The translations under genes and the position numbers were made by a program. This document shows positions 46,116 to 56,213 of a stretch of DNA of 64,000 nt, piece by piece (the first letter of the stretch is position 1; the number at the start of each line of letters is the position of its first letter). Location: positions 9,308-73,307 of the forward strand of contig JBAZBH010000004.1 in the NCBI GenBank assembly GCA_041671565.1, given 5' to 3'. The notes beneath the pieces are model-generated. The model was not told where the DNA came from. It did not search any database and saw only the letters and a list, made by a program, of their open reading frames with translations. The stretch is from Patescibacteria group bacterium (GTDB taxonomy: Bacteria; Patescibacteriota; Patescibacteriia; JACRDY01).

Positions 46116-46748
46116 ATGGCTAATTGGGATAAAATTTATCGTGATTATAAAAAAGGAGGCGAGGCATGGGCAACTCTCAGTGAAGATATTCATCCGCTGT
46201 TTAAAAGCTTAATCAAGAAAACAAATTTTAAGTTTAAACAGGTTTTGGATATTGGCTGTGGTACCGGAAAATACGCCCTTTTCTTGACTGGCAAGGGATT
46301 TGCGGTTGATGGCATTGATTCTAGCGCTACCGCTATCCAAATGACTAAAGATTTACTTGGCAAGAAAGCCGGCCTAATAAAAAAGGCCAATATGTTTAAA
46401 TCGCGTATCGCTAAAGGCAAGTATGATTTGATAATTTCCGTGGCCACCATACATCACGGCGTTAAAAAAGATATTCAAAGTTTGATTGATAAAATATTTT
46501 TTTCTTTGGTGGCGGGTGGTAAGGCGTTTATTACTCTGCCAGACTTCGAAAGTTCAAAGAAATGGAATACCTTTAAAGATCATCAGGATTTGGGCGGCGG
46601 TACCTTCACTCCATTGTCCGGCCCGGAAAAAGGTTTGCCTCATAGTTTTTACACTAAGGTGGAAGTTCAAAAATTATTTACCCAATTTAGTAAGGTCAAA
46701 ATAAGCTTGGATAATATTGGTCGTTGGGTGGCTCAAGCGTCTAAGTAA
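46116..46748 (+). CDS. Class I SAM-dependent methyltransferase
   Basis: VLDIGCGTGKYALFL (motif I), GFAVDGIDSS (motif II). Confidence 0.75.
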   Translation: MANWDKIYRDYKKGGEAWATLSEDIHPLFKSLIKKTNFKFKQVLDIGCGTGKYALFLTGKGFAVDGIDSSATAIQMTKDLLGKKAGLIKKANMFKSRIAKGKYDLIISVATIHHGVKKDIQSLIDKIFFSLVAGGKAFITLPDFESSKKWNTFKDHQDLGGGTFTPLSGPEKGLPHSFYTKVEVQKLFTQFSKVKISLDNIGRWVAQASK

Positions 46749-46791
46749 CAGATTTTATAACCTTTCAGAATAAAGTTTATTAAAACAGTTT

Positions 46792-48552
46792 ATGAAATAC
46801 AACACTAAAAAAACTCTCAGTTACTACTTGCGGGCGGCGAGCCACTATCCGTTCTCCGGCCTGAGTTTGGTGTTGGCGGCGATTAGCTCCACGGTTGCTA
46901 CCAGTATTATCCCTTTATATTTTAAGGATCTTTTTGATGTGCTGAGCGCCGGCGCGCCGAGCGATTCGGCGGTTAGTCGGCTGTTTGGGATTTTGGCCAT
47001 GATTATTGGTTTGAGCCTTTTGGAGTGGCTGTTTTGGCGGCTGGCGACTTGGGCGGCGATTTATTTTCAGAATCATGTCATTATTGATTTAAGTAATTCT
47101 TGTTTTGCTTATCTCCATCGCCATTCGGTTACTTTCTTCAATAACAATTTCGCCGGTTCGCTGGTTAAGCGGGTCAAATGGTTTTCCGGCGCTTTTGAAA
47201 ATATCGCCGATGCCATTGTCTGGCGGATTGTGCCGCTAGTCGTTAATATCATCATGATTATTACGATTTTGTCTTTTCGCAATCGCTTGTTGGCGGGCGC
47301 GGTGGGGTTGTGGATTGCGTTTTTTCTCACGGTTAATTGGATATTTACCAAATACAAACTCCGTTATGATATCGCCCGGAGCGCGGCCGAAACCAGCATT
47401 ACCGGCTTGCTCGCCGACACCATTGGCAATCAAAGCTCGGTCAAGCTGTTTAACGGTTATTGGCGCGAGCTGAAAAGATTTGCCGCTTCGGCGGCTAAAT
47501 TGGGCGAGGCCCGCCGGCTGACTTGGAGTTTGGACATGTATTTTGAGGCGGTGCAGGGCCTATTAACCTTGGTTTTGGAAGTGGGAATTTTTTATTTGGC
47601 GATCAGATTGTGGCAGCAAGGCCTGGTGACGGTTGGTGATTTCGTTTTACTGCAATCTTATGTTCTGACGATTATTATGCGGGTGTGGGACTTTGGCAAA
47701 ACCGTTCGTCAGATTTACGAGCGCCTGGCTGATGCCGAGGAAATGACGATAATTCTGGAAACGCCGCACGAGATCCAAGATCTGCCAGCTGCCAAAAGTT
47801 TAAAAGTGCCGGCCGGCCGGATTGAGTTTAAAAATGTTGACTTTGCCTATCATCAAACCCGGAAAGTATTGAAGAAATTTAATTTAATTATCCAGCCGCA
47901 TGAACGGTTGGCGCTCATCGGGCCGTCGGGCGCCGGCAAAAGCACGGTGGTGCGGCTGCTCCTGCGTCAGCATGATTTAACCGCCGGGGAGATCTTGATT
48001 GACGGGCAAAATATCTCTGAAGTCACCCAGGAAAGTCTGTGGCAAAATATCAGCTGGGTGCCGCAGGATCCGATTTTGTTTCACCGGACGCTGAAGGAAA
48101 ATATCCGCTATGGCCGGCCGAGCGCCACCAACGCCGAAGTCTTGGCCGCCGCCAGAGCCGCCCATTGCCATGAGTTTATTAAAAATTTCCCTGAAGGTTA
48201 TGATACTTTCGTTGGCGAGCGGGGAGTGAAGCTTTCCGGCGGCGAACGCCAGCGGGTGGCGATTGCCCGGGCGATACTCCGTAACGCGCCGATCTTGATC
48301 TTGGATGAAGCTACTTCCAGCCTGGACTCTGAGTCTGAAGGCCTGATTCAAGATGCGCTGAATAAATTAATGGTTAATAAAACCGTGATTGTGATTGCCC
48401 ACCGGCTGTCCACGATTAGAAAAATGGACCGGATTATTGTGGTGGACCGTGGCGGCATCATTGAAGAAGGCGCGCATGACGACCTGACCGGCAAGGCCGA
48501 TGGCTTATACAGCCGGTTGTGGCGGATGCAGGCGGGCGGGTTTTTGAAGTAA
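46792..48552 (+). CDS. ABC exporter, fused permease + ATPase (MsbA-like)
   Basis: 6 TM N-domain; IGPSGAGKST Walker A; LSGGERQRVAIARA signature; ILILDEATSSLD Walker B. Confidence 0.9.
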   Translation: MKYNTKKTLSYYLRAASHYPFSGLSLVLAAISSTVATSIIPLYFKDLFDVLSAGAPSDSAVSRLFGILAMIIGLSLLEWLFWRLATWAAIYFQNHVIIDLSNSCFAYLHRHSVTFFNNNFAGSLVKRVKWFSGAFENIADAIVWRIVPLVVNIIMIITILSFRNRLLAGAVGLWIAFFLTVNWIFTKYKLRYDIARSAAETSITGLLADTIGNQSSVKLFNGYWRELKRFAASAAKLGEARRLTWSLDMYFEAVQGLLTLVLEVGIFYLAIRLWQQGLVTVGDFVLLQSYVLTIIMRVWDFGKTVRQIYERLADAEEMTIILETPHEIQDLPAAKSLKVPAGRIEFKNVDFAYHQTRKVLKKFNLIIQPHERLALIGPSGAGKSTVVRLLLRQHDLTAGEILIDGQNISEVTQESLWQNISWVPQDPILFHRTLKENIRYGRPSATNAEVLAAARAAHCHEFIKNFPEGYDTFVGERGVKLSGGERQRVAIARAILRNAPILILDEATSSLDSESEGLIQDALNKLMVNKTVIVIAHRLSTIRKMDRIIVVDRGGIIEEGAHDDLTGKADGLYSRLWRMQAGGFLK

Positions 48553-48555
48553 AAA

Positions 48556-48989
48556 ATAAATTAGATAGCGGAGTAACGGGGCCTTTGGCCCCGTTGTGTT
48601 TTTCGGAATGACCCCGCCGTGGCGGGGTCATTTTAGTTTGACCAAATAAGTTTATTTCGCTCCTGCGCGGGTCTTAACCGGCTGGTTTAGTAGGATGGCG
48701 AGTAGGGGCAATCCACGAATTGCCCTAAACTAATTACCTTAATTTATTACCTAAGTTTAGCCCTCGCCGGGTAGGCGTTACTTTCTGTGACCAGAAAGTA
48801 ACCAAAGAGTCTTGGGGGTTCCAGACGCGCGACTGCTCGCCACCTTAGTTCTTCTCGCCCCGCTCCGCCACTCCCGCTCGTCCGCCTCCGGCGGACTCGA
48901 CTCCCGTGGCTCCGCTCGGCGCGGCCTTCCGCCCCCAAACCCCCGACTGCTTGGCAATTATTATCTTTTGAATAAAAGACACTGTAGAG
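48556..48989 (+). repeat. ~430 nt non-coding element, copy B (see 24406-24802)
   Basis: Same conserved 5' terminator block, tactttctgtgaccagaaagta core, gttcttctcgccccgc and 3' ttttgaataaaagacactgtagag as copy A. Confidence 0.6.
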
Positions 48990-49000
48990 GAGTTCTGGAA

Positions 49001-49040
49001 AAAAACAAAAACCACCTTAAATTAAAGTGGTGTTTTTGTT
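49001..49040. terminator. Bidirectional terminator (serves zupT on the - strand)
   Basis: aaaaacaaaaaccaccttaaattaaagtggtgtttttgtt. Confidence 0.55.
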
Positions 49041-49047
49041 AATTTTA

Positions 49048-49791
49048 TTATTCACTAATCAGTAATCCGGCGCCGTACATGACGGCGAGGCCGAGGAGTA
49101 GGACTAAAAAATGAATCAAGGTATTTTTGGTGCCACGGTCTTGGTTGGTCATGGGGACCAGGTCAGTGAGGGCGATATAGATAAAGTTGCCGGTCGCTAG
49201 AGCGATCAAAATCAGGCTGAGCGATTGGACTTCGCCTTTCAGAAACCAAACAAATAAACCGCCCACCAGGCTACCGGCGGCCGAGAGCAGGTTATAAAAA
49301 ATAATCTTGCCAGGCTTCATTTGATTGTGGAGCATCACGGCGAAATCGCTGATTTCTTGGGGAATTTCGTGAAATAAGACGGCTAGAGTGGTAATAATGC
49401 CCAGGCGGAAATCAACCAGAAACGCGCCGGCGATAATCGTGCCATCCAGGAAATTATGGATGGTGTCGCTAATGATTATTAAAGTGCTGGAAGTGTGGAC
49501 CTCACATTCGTCATTTTCATGGCAATGGTAGACGATTAACAGCTTTTCCAAGAGGTAGAAAATTAAGATACCAAGTAAAACCAAAATTAGCGATGTTTCC
49601 ACTTTTGGCGACCCATTAATCAATTCCGGCAGTAAATGGGTGAAAACCGCCACCAACATGGCGCCAATAGCAAAAGAAACCATGAAGCCGGAGATTCTTT
49701 TGGCGCGGTTTTCTTGCCACAATAACAGCAAGCCGCCAGATAAGCCTAAAAAACCGGAAAGGGCGATAGCGAGGATAATATAGAGTAGCAT
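49048..49791 (-). CDS. zupT: ZIP-family zinc/metal transporter
   Basis: HNFLDG and HEIPQEISDF ZIP signatures; 8 TM. Confidence 0.8.
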   Translation of the reverse strand: MLLYIILAIALSGFLGLSGGLLLLWQENRAKRISGFMVSFAIGAMLVAVFTHLLPELINGSPKVETSLILVLLGILIFYLLEKLLIVYHCHENDECEVHTSSTLIIISDTIHNFLDGTIIAGAFLVDFRLGIITTLAVLFHEIPQEISDFAVMLHNQMKPGKIIFYNLLSAAGSLVGGLFVWFLKGEVQSLSLILIALATGNFIYIALTDLVPMTNQDRGTKNTLIHFLVLLLGLAVMYGAGLLISE

Positions 49792-49923
49792 AGCTTAAGT
49801 TAAAAGTTAGGAATGAATTTGTAGTCTTATTTTAACCAATTATTCCGTATAAAGCAAATTGAGTCGGCTCATTTTGACTTTGGGGGTAAATTACCCTATA
49901 ATTAAATAAAATAAGCTAAAATT

Positions 49924-51219
49924 ATGTCATTATCTTTAATTTCTCAATTGGCCGCTAAGGCGGGTGAAAGCGTGACGCTTGGTGGCTGGGTTTATAATTT
50001 CCGCTCTTCGGGCGGACTTTATTTTTTGCAACTGCGCGACGGTAGCGGGTTTATCCAGGCCGTAGTGGATAAAGAAAAAGTCAGTTCGGAAGTTTGGTCG
50101 GCCTGTGAAAAGATTACTATAGAATCATCAGTTGAAGTTACTGGCCAAGTAACCGAGCACCCCAAAAAACCGGGCGTGTTTGAATTGCAAGTTAGCGGCT
50201 TAAAAATTGTGCAGATTGCCGAGGAATATCCGATCGGCAAAAAAGAGCACGGGCCGGACTTTCTTTTGGACAACCGGCATCTGTGGCTCCGTTCTGGCCG
50301 GCAATGGGCGATTCAGCGGGTGCGCGACGCGATCATTACCGCGATTTACGAGTTTTATCACCAGCGCGGTTTTATTAAAATTGACACGCCGATTATCACG
50401 CCGAACGCTTGCGAGGGGGCAACGACTTTATTTGATATAAAATATTTTGACCAAGGCAAAGCTTATTTGTCGCAGTCCGGGCAACTTTATTTGGAAGCGG
50501 CGATTATGTCGGTCGGGCGAGGTTTTGATTTTGGTCCGGTATTCCGCGCCGAGAAAAGCAAGACGCGGCGGCATTTGGCCGAGTTTTGGATGATGGATGC
50601 CGAGGCGGCATTTGTTGACCACGAGGGCAATATGAAACTGCAAGAGGATATGATTTGTTATATTGTAGAATATTGCTTGACGCATTGCCAAACGGAATTG
50701 GCGCTTTTGGAACGCGACCTAGAACCGTTAAAAAAGATTAAGGCGCCGTTCACGCGTTTGACTTATACTGAGGCGATTAAAAAATTGCAAGAATTAGGTT
50801 CAGACATCAAGTTTGGCGAAGATTTGGGCAACGACGACGAAGGCCTATTAACCCAAGACAGCGCCGTGCCGGTTTTCGTCCACAAATGGCCGGCGGCGAT
50901 AAAGCCGTTTTACATGAAAGTCGATCCCGATAACGCCGAATTGGTTTTAAACGATGATTTAATCGGCGTTGAAGGCGCCGGCGAGCTGATTGGCGGCAGC
51001 CAACGCGAGGATAGTTATGAAATTTTGAAAGCGAAAATTGAAAAGGAAGGTTTAAAGGGCGAAGAATACCAGTGGTATTTGGATCTGCGGAAATACGGCA
51101 GTGTGCCGCACAGCGGTTTCGGCTTGGGTCTAGAACGAACCGTCGCTTGGATCGCCGGCGCCGAACACATCCGCGAGACCATTCCGTTCCCGCGGTTGAT
51201 TAATAGATTAAGGCCATAA
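49924..51219 (+). CDS. asnS: Asparaginyl-tRNA synthetase (class IIb)
   Basis: N-terminal OB fold, FRAEKSKTRRHLAEFWMMDAEAAF (motif 2 AsnRS type), GGSQRE, GFGLGLER (motif 3); 431 aa. Confidence 0.8.
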   Translation: MSLSLISQLAAKAGESVTLGGWVYNFRSSGGLYFLQLRDGSGFIQAVVDKEKVSSEVWSACEKITIESSVEVTGQVTEHPKKPGVFELQVSGLKIVQIAEEYPIGKKEHGPDFLLDNRHLWLRSGRQWAIQRVRDAIITAIYEFYHQRGFIKIDTPIITPNACEGATTLFDIKYFDQGKAYLSQSGQLYLEAAIMSVGRGFDFGPVFRAEKSKTRRHLAEFWMMDAEAAFVDHEGNMKLQEDMICYIVEYCLTHCQTELALLERDLEPLKKIKAPFTRLTYTEAIKKLQELGSDIKFGEDLGNDDEGLLTQDSAVPVFVHKWPAAIKPFYMKVDPDNAELVLNDDLIGVEGAGELIGGSQREDSYEILKAKIEKEGLKGEEYQWYLDLRKYGSVPHSGFGLGLERTVAWIAGAEHIRETIPFPRLINRLRP

Positions 51220-51274
51220 AAAATAATAAAAATAATAGCACTTTTTATTTTTAAGTGAGGAGGCAGTTAGGAGG

Positions 51275-51493
51275 TTGATTATGTGGAAATGGCTAAAAGA
51301 TTTTTGGGTAAAGATTTTTAGCGAGCCACATCGGACCGGTATGTGTCCGGTTTGTGATGAACAAGTGTCAATCACAAAAAAAGGCGGAAACTTTATAATC
51401 GAACTTCATTTTGAAGACGGCAGCAGCTATCTTCGCTGCGGCGGAAGTTCAGAAGAGCCGGTTGAAGGCACGGTTTCCCTCAAAGGCAGATAA
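51275..51493 (+). CDS. Small Zn-ribbon-like hypothetical protein
   Basis: Strong SD (gaggaggcagttaggagg); CPVCDE...RCGG. Confidence 0.45.
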   Translation: MIMWKWLKDFWVKIFSEPHRTGMCPVCDEQVSITKKGGNFIIELHFEDGSSYLRCGGSSEEPVEGTVSLKGR

Positions 51494-51538
51494 TATTTCC
51501 GCCTCCTCACTTAAGAATAAAAAATTAATTATAATTAT

Positions 51539-51976
51539 ATGGCCGAATTTAAACATTCAGCTTCGTTTAATCCGCAAGGTCAACCCAACTTTGTTACCAT
51601 TGCTTCCGGGCCGGTGATTATTAAAGATGGCAAAGTTTTGCTCGACAAACACGGCGATGATTTTTGGAAATTTCCGGGTGGGGCAGTGGAGAGCGGCAAC
51701 AGTTTCGAGGAAAACGCCAAGCGGGAAGTCAAAGAAGAGTTGGGGGTGGAAGTTGAGCTTAAAGGCGAGCCATATATTATCAGTTTTACGCGAGAGAAAG
51801 ACGGCAAAGAGGAGTTGGTGATTTTAATCCACTATTTGGCGGAGATCATCAGCGGTGAGCCGCAGGCCGGACAGGATGTGGTGGAATTTGGTTGGCACGA
51901 TGTTAACAGCTTGCCGGCTGACTGCGCGCCGAACATCAAGCCGGTGGTTGAATATTTTAGAACATTAAAACATTAA
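51539..51976 (+). CDS. NUDIX hydrolase
   Basis: Nudix box GGAVESGNSFEENAKREVKEELGVEV. Confidence 0.85.
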   Translation: MAEFKHSASFNPQGQPNFVTIASGPVIIKDGKVLLDKHGDDFWKFPGGAVESGNSFEENAKREVKEELGVEVELKGEPYIISFTREKDGKEELVILIHYLAEIISGEPQAGQDVVEFGWHDVNSLPADCAPNIKPVVEYFRTLKH

Positions 51977-52040
51977 AACACTAGAACATTAAAACCAAAC
52001 GAGGTCCGATGTTTTAATGTTTTTATGTTCTAGTGCTTTA
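51958..52040. repeat. ACATTAAAAC-word palindrome
   Basis: aacattaaaacactagaacattaaaacc...gatgttttaatgtttttatgttctagtgctttaatg. Confidence 0.5.
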
Positions 52041-53315
52041 ATGAATTATATGAAAGAGGCAATTAAGAAGATTTTCCGGAAAATCGGTCCTGGGTTTATC
52101 ACTGGCGCGGCGGACGATGACCCGTCAGGCATTGGCACTTATTCGGCGGCTGGCTCGCGGTTTGGTTTGGGCCAGCTGTGGACGCCACTCTTCACTTTTC
52201 CCTTGATGGCGGCGGTGCAAGAGATCTGCGCGCGGATTGGCCTGGTGACCGGCCGGGGACTAGCCGGAGTGATTAGAAAAAATTATTCACGAAAGCTTTT
52301 ATTTTTTTGTGTTACTTTGTTAGTTATTGCCAATACCATTAATATCGGCGCCGATATTGGCGCGATGGCGAGCGCCGTTGGCCTTTTGACCTCGCGAGCA
52401 TCCTTTGCTTTTACCGCCGGAGCGTTAACTTTTCTGATTTTGGCCTTGGAAATTTTTGTGCCGTATCGGGTTTATGCCAGGTTTTTGCGCATTTTTGCTT
52501 TCTCTCTATTCGCTTATTGGCTGACGGCGCTGTTTATCAAAATCAACTGGACGGAAGTGGCGACGCGGACTTTCTGGCCGCAATGGCAATGGAATTTTGA
52601 TTATATTTTAATTTTGGTCGGCGTTTTTGGCACCACCATCTCACCTTATCTTTTTTTCTGGCAAGCTTCCGAAGAAGTGGAAGAAGAAATTATTGAAGGC
52701 CGGTGGTCGATCAAGTCGCGTCAGGGCGCAACACTGCCGGAGATTAAAGATATGCGCGAGGATGTATTTATTGGCATGCTCTTTTCCAATATTACGATGT
52801 TTTTTGTTATCTTGGTCGCCGGCTCGACGCTCTTTGCCAACGGTGTTTTTAATATTGAAACCGCCGAACAAGCGGCATCGGCTTTAAAGCCGCTCGCGGG
52901 GGATTGGGCGTATTTACTTTTTACTTTGGGGATTATCGGCGTTGGCTTGCTGGCAATACCGGTGCTGGCCGGATCGGCGGCCTACGCGGTTAGCGAGGCG
53001 TTGAAGTTGCGCGAGGGCTTGGGTTTGAAATGGAATCAGGCCAAGGGTTTTTACGCTATTATTTTATTGGCTACCGTAGTTGGTTTAGGCATGAATTTTT
53101 TGGGGATCAATCCGATGCAGGCGCTCCTTTACACCGCGGTCCTGAACGCCATCATTTCCGTGCCGCTCCTGTTTGTGATTATGAAAGTGGGTAATGACGG
53201 GAAAATCATGGGTGAATTCAAAAACGGCCCGTTAGCAAACTTTCTAGGCTGGGCGGCGACAATTGTTATGACGCTTGGCGCGGTCGTTTTATTCATTAGT
53301 TTTATCGTGAAATAA
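52017..53315 (+). CDS. mntH: NRAMP-family divalent metal (Mn2+) transporter
   Basis: GPGFITGAADDDPSGIGTYSAAGSRFGLGQLWTPLF and MAAVQEICARIGLVTG NRAMP signatures. The true start is probably the ATG at 52041 or 52050. Confidence 0.8.
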   Translation: MFLCSSALMNYMKEAIKKIFRKIGPGFITGAADDDPSGIGTYSAAGSRFGLGQLWTPLFTFPLMAAVQEICARIGLVTGRGLAGVIRKNYSRKLLFFCVTLLVIANTINIGADIGAMASAVGLLTSRASFAFTAGALTFLILALEIFVPYRVYARFLRIFAFSLFAYWLTALFIKINWTEVATRTFWPQWQWNFDYILILVGVFGTTISPYLFFWQASEEVEEEIIEGRWSIKSRQGATLPEIKDMREDVFIGMLFSNITMFFVILVAGSTLFANGVFNIETAEQAASALKPLAGDWAYLLFTLGIIGVGLLAIPVLAGSAAYAVSEALKLREGLGLKWNQAKGFYAIILLATVVGLGMNFLGINPMQALLYTAVLNAIISVPLLFVIMKVGNDGKIMGEFKNGPLANFLGWAATIVMTLGAVVLFISFIVK

Positions 53316-53317
53316 AT

Positions 53318-53965
53318 ATGGCGGCGAAAATCAGTGAAATTTATTTTGTCCGCCATGGCGAGTCAACCAATAATGTTGAAGGCACTTTTGTCCAGGAGAA
53401 TAAGCACTGGCTGACGGCCAAAGGTGAAAAACAAGCGCAAAATCTTATAAAAGTTTTAAGAAAAGAAAAATTTGACTTGATTGTCACTTCTAGTTACGAG
53501 CGGACGCAGTTGACCGCCTGGCCCCTGCTTAAAAAACATAAAAAAGATTTTGTAGTCTGGCCGGTGCAAGAGTTTACGCCGTTGCCCAGCAAGCGGTACT
53601 CAAAATTAACCATCGCTGAGCGGCGGCGTTTAAACACCGCCTATTGGGAGAAATGTGATCCTGGTTATCAGGCCGACCGCGGCACAGAAAATTATATTGA
53701 TTTTATAAAAAGAATCGATGCCGTAAAAAAGCGGATTCTCAAAGGAAACTTTAAAAAGATTGTTATTTTTACCCACGGCGCTTTTATTCGTCATTTTATC
53801 TGGCGCAATTTTTATCCGCGAAGGAAAATTGATAATCAAGCAATGTTGTCAGGGGCGAGAGTCGGTTGGGGGTTGGCGATAAAAAATACCGAAATAATTA
53901 AAGCCATTAAAATCAATAATAAATTATATTTTGGAGAATTGGACTCCCGCCATTTAAAAAATTAA
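53318..53965 (+). CDS. Histidine phosphatase (phosphoglycerate mutase-like) family protein
   Basis: IYFVRHGES (RHG motif), second His in FTHGAFIRH. Confidence 0.75.
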   Translation: MAAKISEIYFVRHGESTNNVEGTFVQENKHWLTAKGEKQAQNLIKVLRKEKFDLIVTSSYERTQLTAWPLLKKHKKDFVVWPVQEFTPLPSKRYSKLTIAERRRLNTAYWEKCDPGYQADRGTENYIDFIKRIDAVKKRILKGNFKKIVIFTHGAFIRHFIWRNFYPRRKIDNQAMLSGARVGWGLAIKNTEIIKAIKINNKLYFGELDSRHLKN

Positions 53966-54055
53966 AACGCCAAAGCAATTTATATTTCAAGATTTAAGAA
54001 AATTAATTACTGAGTTTTATTCTTAAATCCTAAATCTTAATTCTTAAATCTATTC
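53966..54055. repeat. TTAAGAATC / TTCTTAAATC-word repeat
   Basis: caagatttaagaaaattaattactgagttttattcttaaatcctaaatcttaattcttaaatc. Confidence 0.5.
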
Positions 54056-54058
54056 ATT

Positions 54059-55480
54059 ATGAAAACCTACATCAACGAAACTTTAACTAAAGTTGGGGAG
54101 ACGGTGGAGCTCAAAGGCTGGGTGCATGTTAAGCGCGATATGGGCAAGATTTCTTTTATTGATCTGCGCGACTCCACCGGGATTATTCAAGTCGTTTTGG
54201 TGCCCGGGGAAATGGATGAGAGCAAAGATTTGGTCAAAGAATTGCGGCCGGAGTTTGTGGTGGCGATTAAAGGCGTGGTTCAGGAACGGAATGCCAAGAG
54301 CGTTAACGCGGAAATGCCGACTGGCAAAATTGAGGTGCTCGCCAAAAATTTGGTGATTATCAATGAAGCGGCCCTGGCGCCGTTTGAGATTAACACCGAA
54401 GAGCGGCAGGCGAACGAAGAACTGCGGTTGAAATACCGTTATTTGGACCTGCGCCATCCGCGCCTCGCTAAAAACTTGCAAGCGCGTTCGGCGGTTATCC
54501 GCTTTGTGATTGATTATCTGGCGGATCAAGGTTTTACTTATCTGCAAACGCCGATTTTGTCCAAATCCACTCCCGAAGGCGCTCGCGATTACTTAGTCCC
54601 TTCCCGGGTGCACCAGGGCCAGTTTTTCGCGCTACCGCAGTCGCCCCAGCAGTATAAACAGCTTTTGATGGTGGCCGGCTTTGAACGATATTTTCAAATC
54701 GCGCCGTGTTTCCGTGATGAAGACGCGCGGGCCGACCGCAGTCCGGGCGAGTTTTATCAACTGGATATTGAAACTTCATTTTTCAGCCAAGACGAGATTC
54801 TCCAGTTAGTCGAAGGCATGTTCACCACCATGATTAAAAAACTGTTTCCGGAAAAGCATTTTACTTTTTCACCTTGGCCGCGGTTAAAGCACGACGAAGT
54901 TAAGGCGAAATATCAGAGCGACAAGCCGGATCTGCGGAAAGATAAAAATGATCCGAATGAATTGGCTTTCGCCTGGGTAGTGGATTTTCCGCTCTTTACC
55001 GAGCAGAGAGAAGACGATTTTTTCCATGGTTCGGGAGCCGGTAAGTGGGCGCCGTCGCACCACATGTTTACCCGACCGAAAGACGAGGACTTGGCGCTTT
55101 TAGACAAGGATCCGGGCAAAGTCCATTCTTATCAGCATGATTTAGTCTTGAACGGCATTGAGGTGGGCGGCGGGTCGGTCAGAATCCACGACCCGAAACT
55201 CCAGGAAAAGGTTTGGGATTTAATTGGTTTTACCGCCGCGCAGAAAGAGCAGTTTAAGCATTTGATTGAAGCTTTCCAATACGGCGTGCCACCGCATGGC
55301 GGTATCGCGCCGGGTTTAGATCGGCTGGTTTCACTTCTTTGCGGCGAAAAAAATATCCGTGAAGTGATCGCTTTCCCCTTGACCGGCGACTGCCGCGATC
55401 CGTTGATGGAAGCGCCATCCGCCGTAACCAAAGAACAGTTGGATGAGCTCGGAATTGAAATTAAAAAAAAGAAAAAATAA
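54059..55480 (+). CDS. aspS: Aspartyl-tRNA synthetase, short form lacking the GAD insertion
   Basis: FRDEDARADRSPGEFYQLDIETSF (AspRS motif 2), QSPQQYKQLLMVAGFERYFQIAPCFRDE, GGGSVRIHD, GIAPGLDRL (motif 3); 473 aa. Confidence 0.85.
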   Translation: MKTYINETLTKVGETVELKGWVHVKRDMGKISFIDLRDSTGIIQVVLVPGEMDESKDLVKELRPEFVVAIKGVVQERNAKSVNAEMPTGKIEVLAKNLVIINEAALAPFEINTEERQANEELRLKYRYLDLRHPRLAKNLQARSAVIRFVIDYLADQGFTYLQTPILSKSTPEGARDYLVPSRVHQGQFFALPQSPQQYKQLLMVAGFERYFQIAPCFRDEDARADRSPGEFYQLDIETSFFSQDEILQLVEGMFTTMIKKLFPEKHFTFSPWPRLKHDEVKAKYQSDKPDLRKDKNDPNELAFAWVVDFPLFTEQREDDFFHGSGAGKWAPSHHMFTRPKDEDLALLDKDPGKVHSYQHDLVLNGIEVGGGSVRIHDPKLQEKVWDLIGFTAAQKEQFKHLIEAFQYGVPPHGGIAPGLDRLVSLLCGEKNIREVIAFPLTGDCRDPLMEAPSAVTKEQLDELGIEIKKKKK

Positions 55481-55492
55481 ACTATCAAAAAT

Positions 55493-55741
55493 ATGGCAGA
55501 AAAAATTGGTGGAGTGGGCGCGCCTAAATCAGAAAATAAGGTGTTGCCGCCGGAGAAGATTGGACGGGTTGGCGATCGGCGGCAAAATTTACCGACTGAG
55601 GCGCCAGAAGGCGCCGGCGCCGAACCAAATAAAAGTCCGTTGGAAAAAGAAGATACAGTAACGATTAGCGATACCGCTAAAAAAATGGCGGCGTGGCAAA
55701 AACGCCGAGAAAAAGAGTTGACTAGCGATAATGAGAAATAA
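55493..55741 (+). CDS. Hypothetical protein
   Basis: ORF with low-complexity G/P/E-rich sequence. Confidence 0.35.
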   Translation: MAEKIGGVGAPKSENKVLPPEKIGRVGDRRQNLPTEAPEGAGAEPNKSPLEKEDTVTISDTAKKMAAWQKRREKELTSDNEK

Positions 55742-55821
55742 TTTAAAGCAGGTTCTTAAGCTTGGTTTAGTTGTTTTTTATAATAAAATCAGCTATAATT
55801 TAAAGGTTAGGAGGATGTTTT

Positions 55822-56115
55822 ATGCGTCTTTCCGCCTTACAACGGCATATCTTGCGCCAGTGCTTCCAGGCGCGAAAAAAACTTAGCCGGGCGCGGTTAG
55901 TTGATTTTTATAATAACGCCAAAAACAAACCAAAAAGCGAGGACCAAATTAATATCATTACCAAGAGTATTGAGCGGCTGATTACTAAAGGCCTGTTAGT
56001 CGGTTACGGCGTTAAAACCGCGGAAAAGTGGTTTATTCGCGAGATTAGCTTGACGCGGGCAGGCCAAAAGGCGGCGCGCGAGGCGCTGGGCAAACAGCAG
56101 AAACTCAAGATTTAG
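55822..56115 (+). CDS. Small basic hypothetical protein, possible winged-helix
   Basis: SD aggagg 8 nt upstream; basic 97 aa. Confidence 0.4.
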   Translation: MRLSALQRHILRQCFQARKKLSRARLVDFYNNAKNKPKSEDQINIITKSIERLITKGLLVGYGVKTAEKWFIREISLTRAGQKAAREALGKQQKLKI

Positions 56116-56212
56116 TTGTTAGGTTGTTAAGTTGTTAGGTAGTTAGGTGCGGCTCCGCCGAAGGCGGAGCCGCCATAACGACTTAACGACCTAACTACTT
56201 AACCACTACTTT
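56116..56212. repeat. TAGGTNGTTAGG-word palindromic element
   Basis: ttgttaggttgttaagttgttaggtagttaggtgcggctccgccgaaggcggagccgccataacgacttaacgacctaactacttaacc. Confidence 0.65.
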
Positions 56213-56213
56213 T

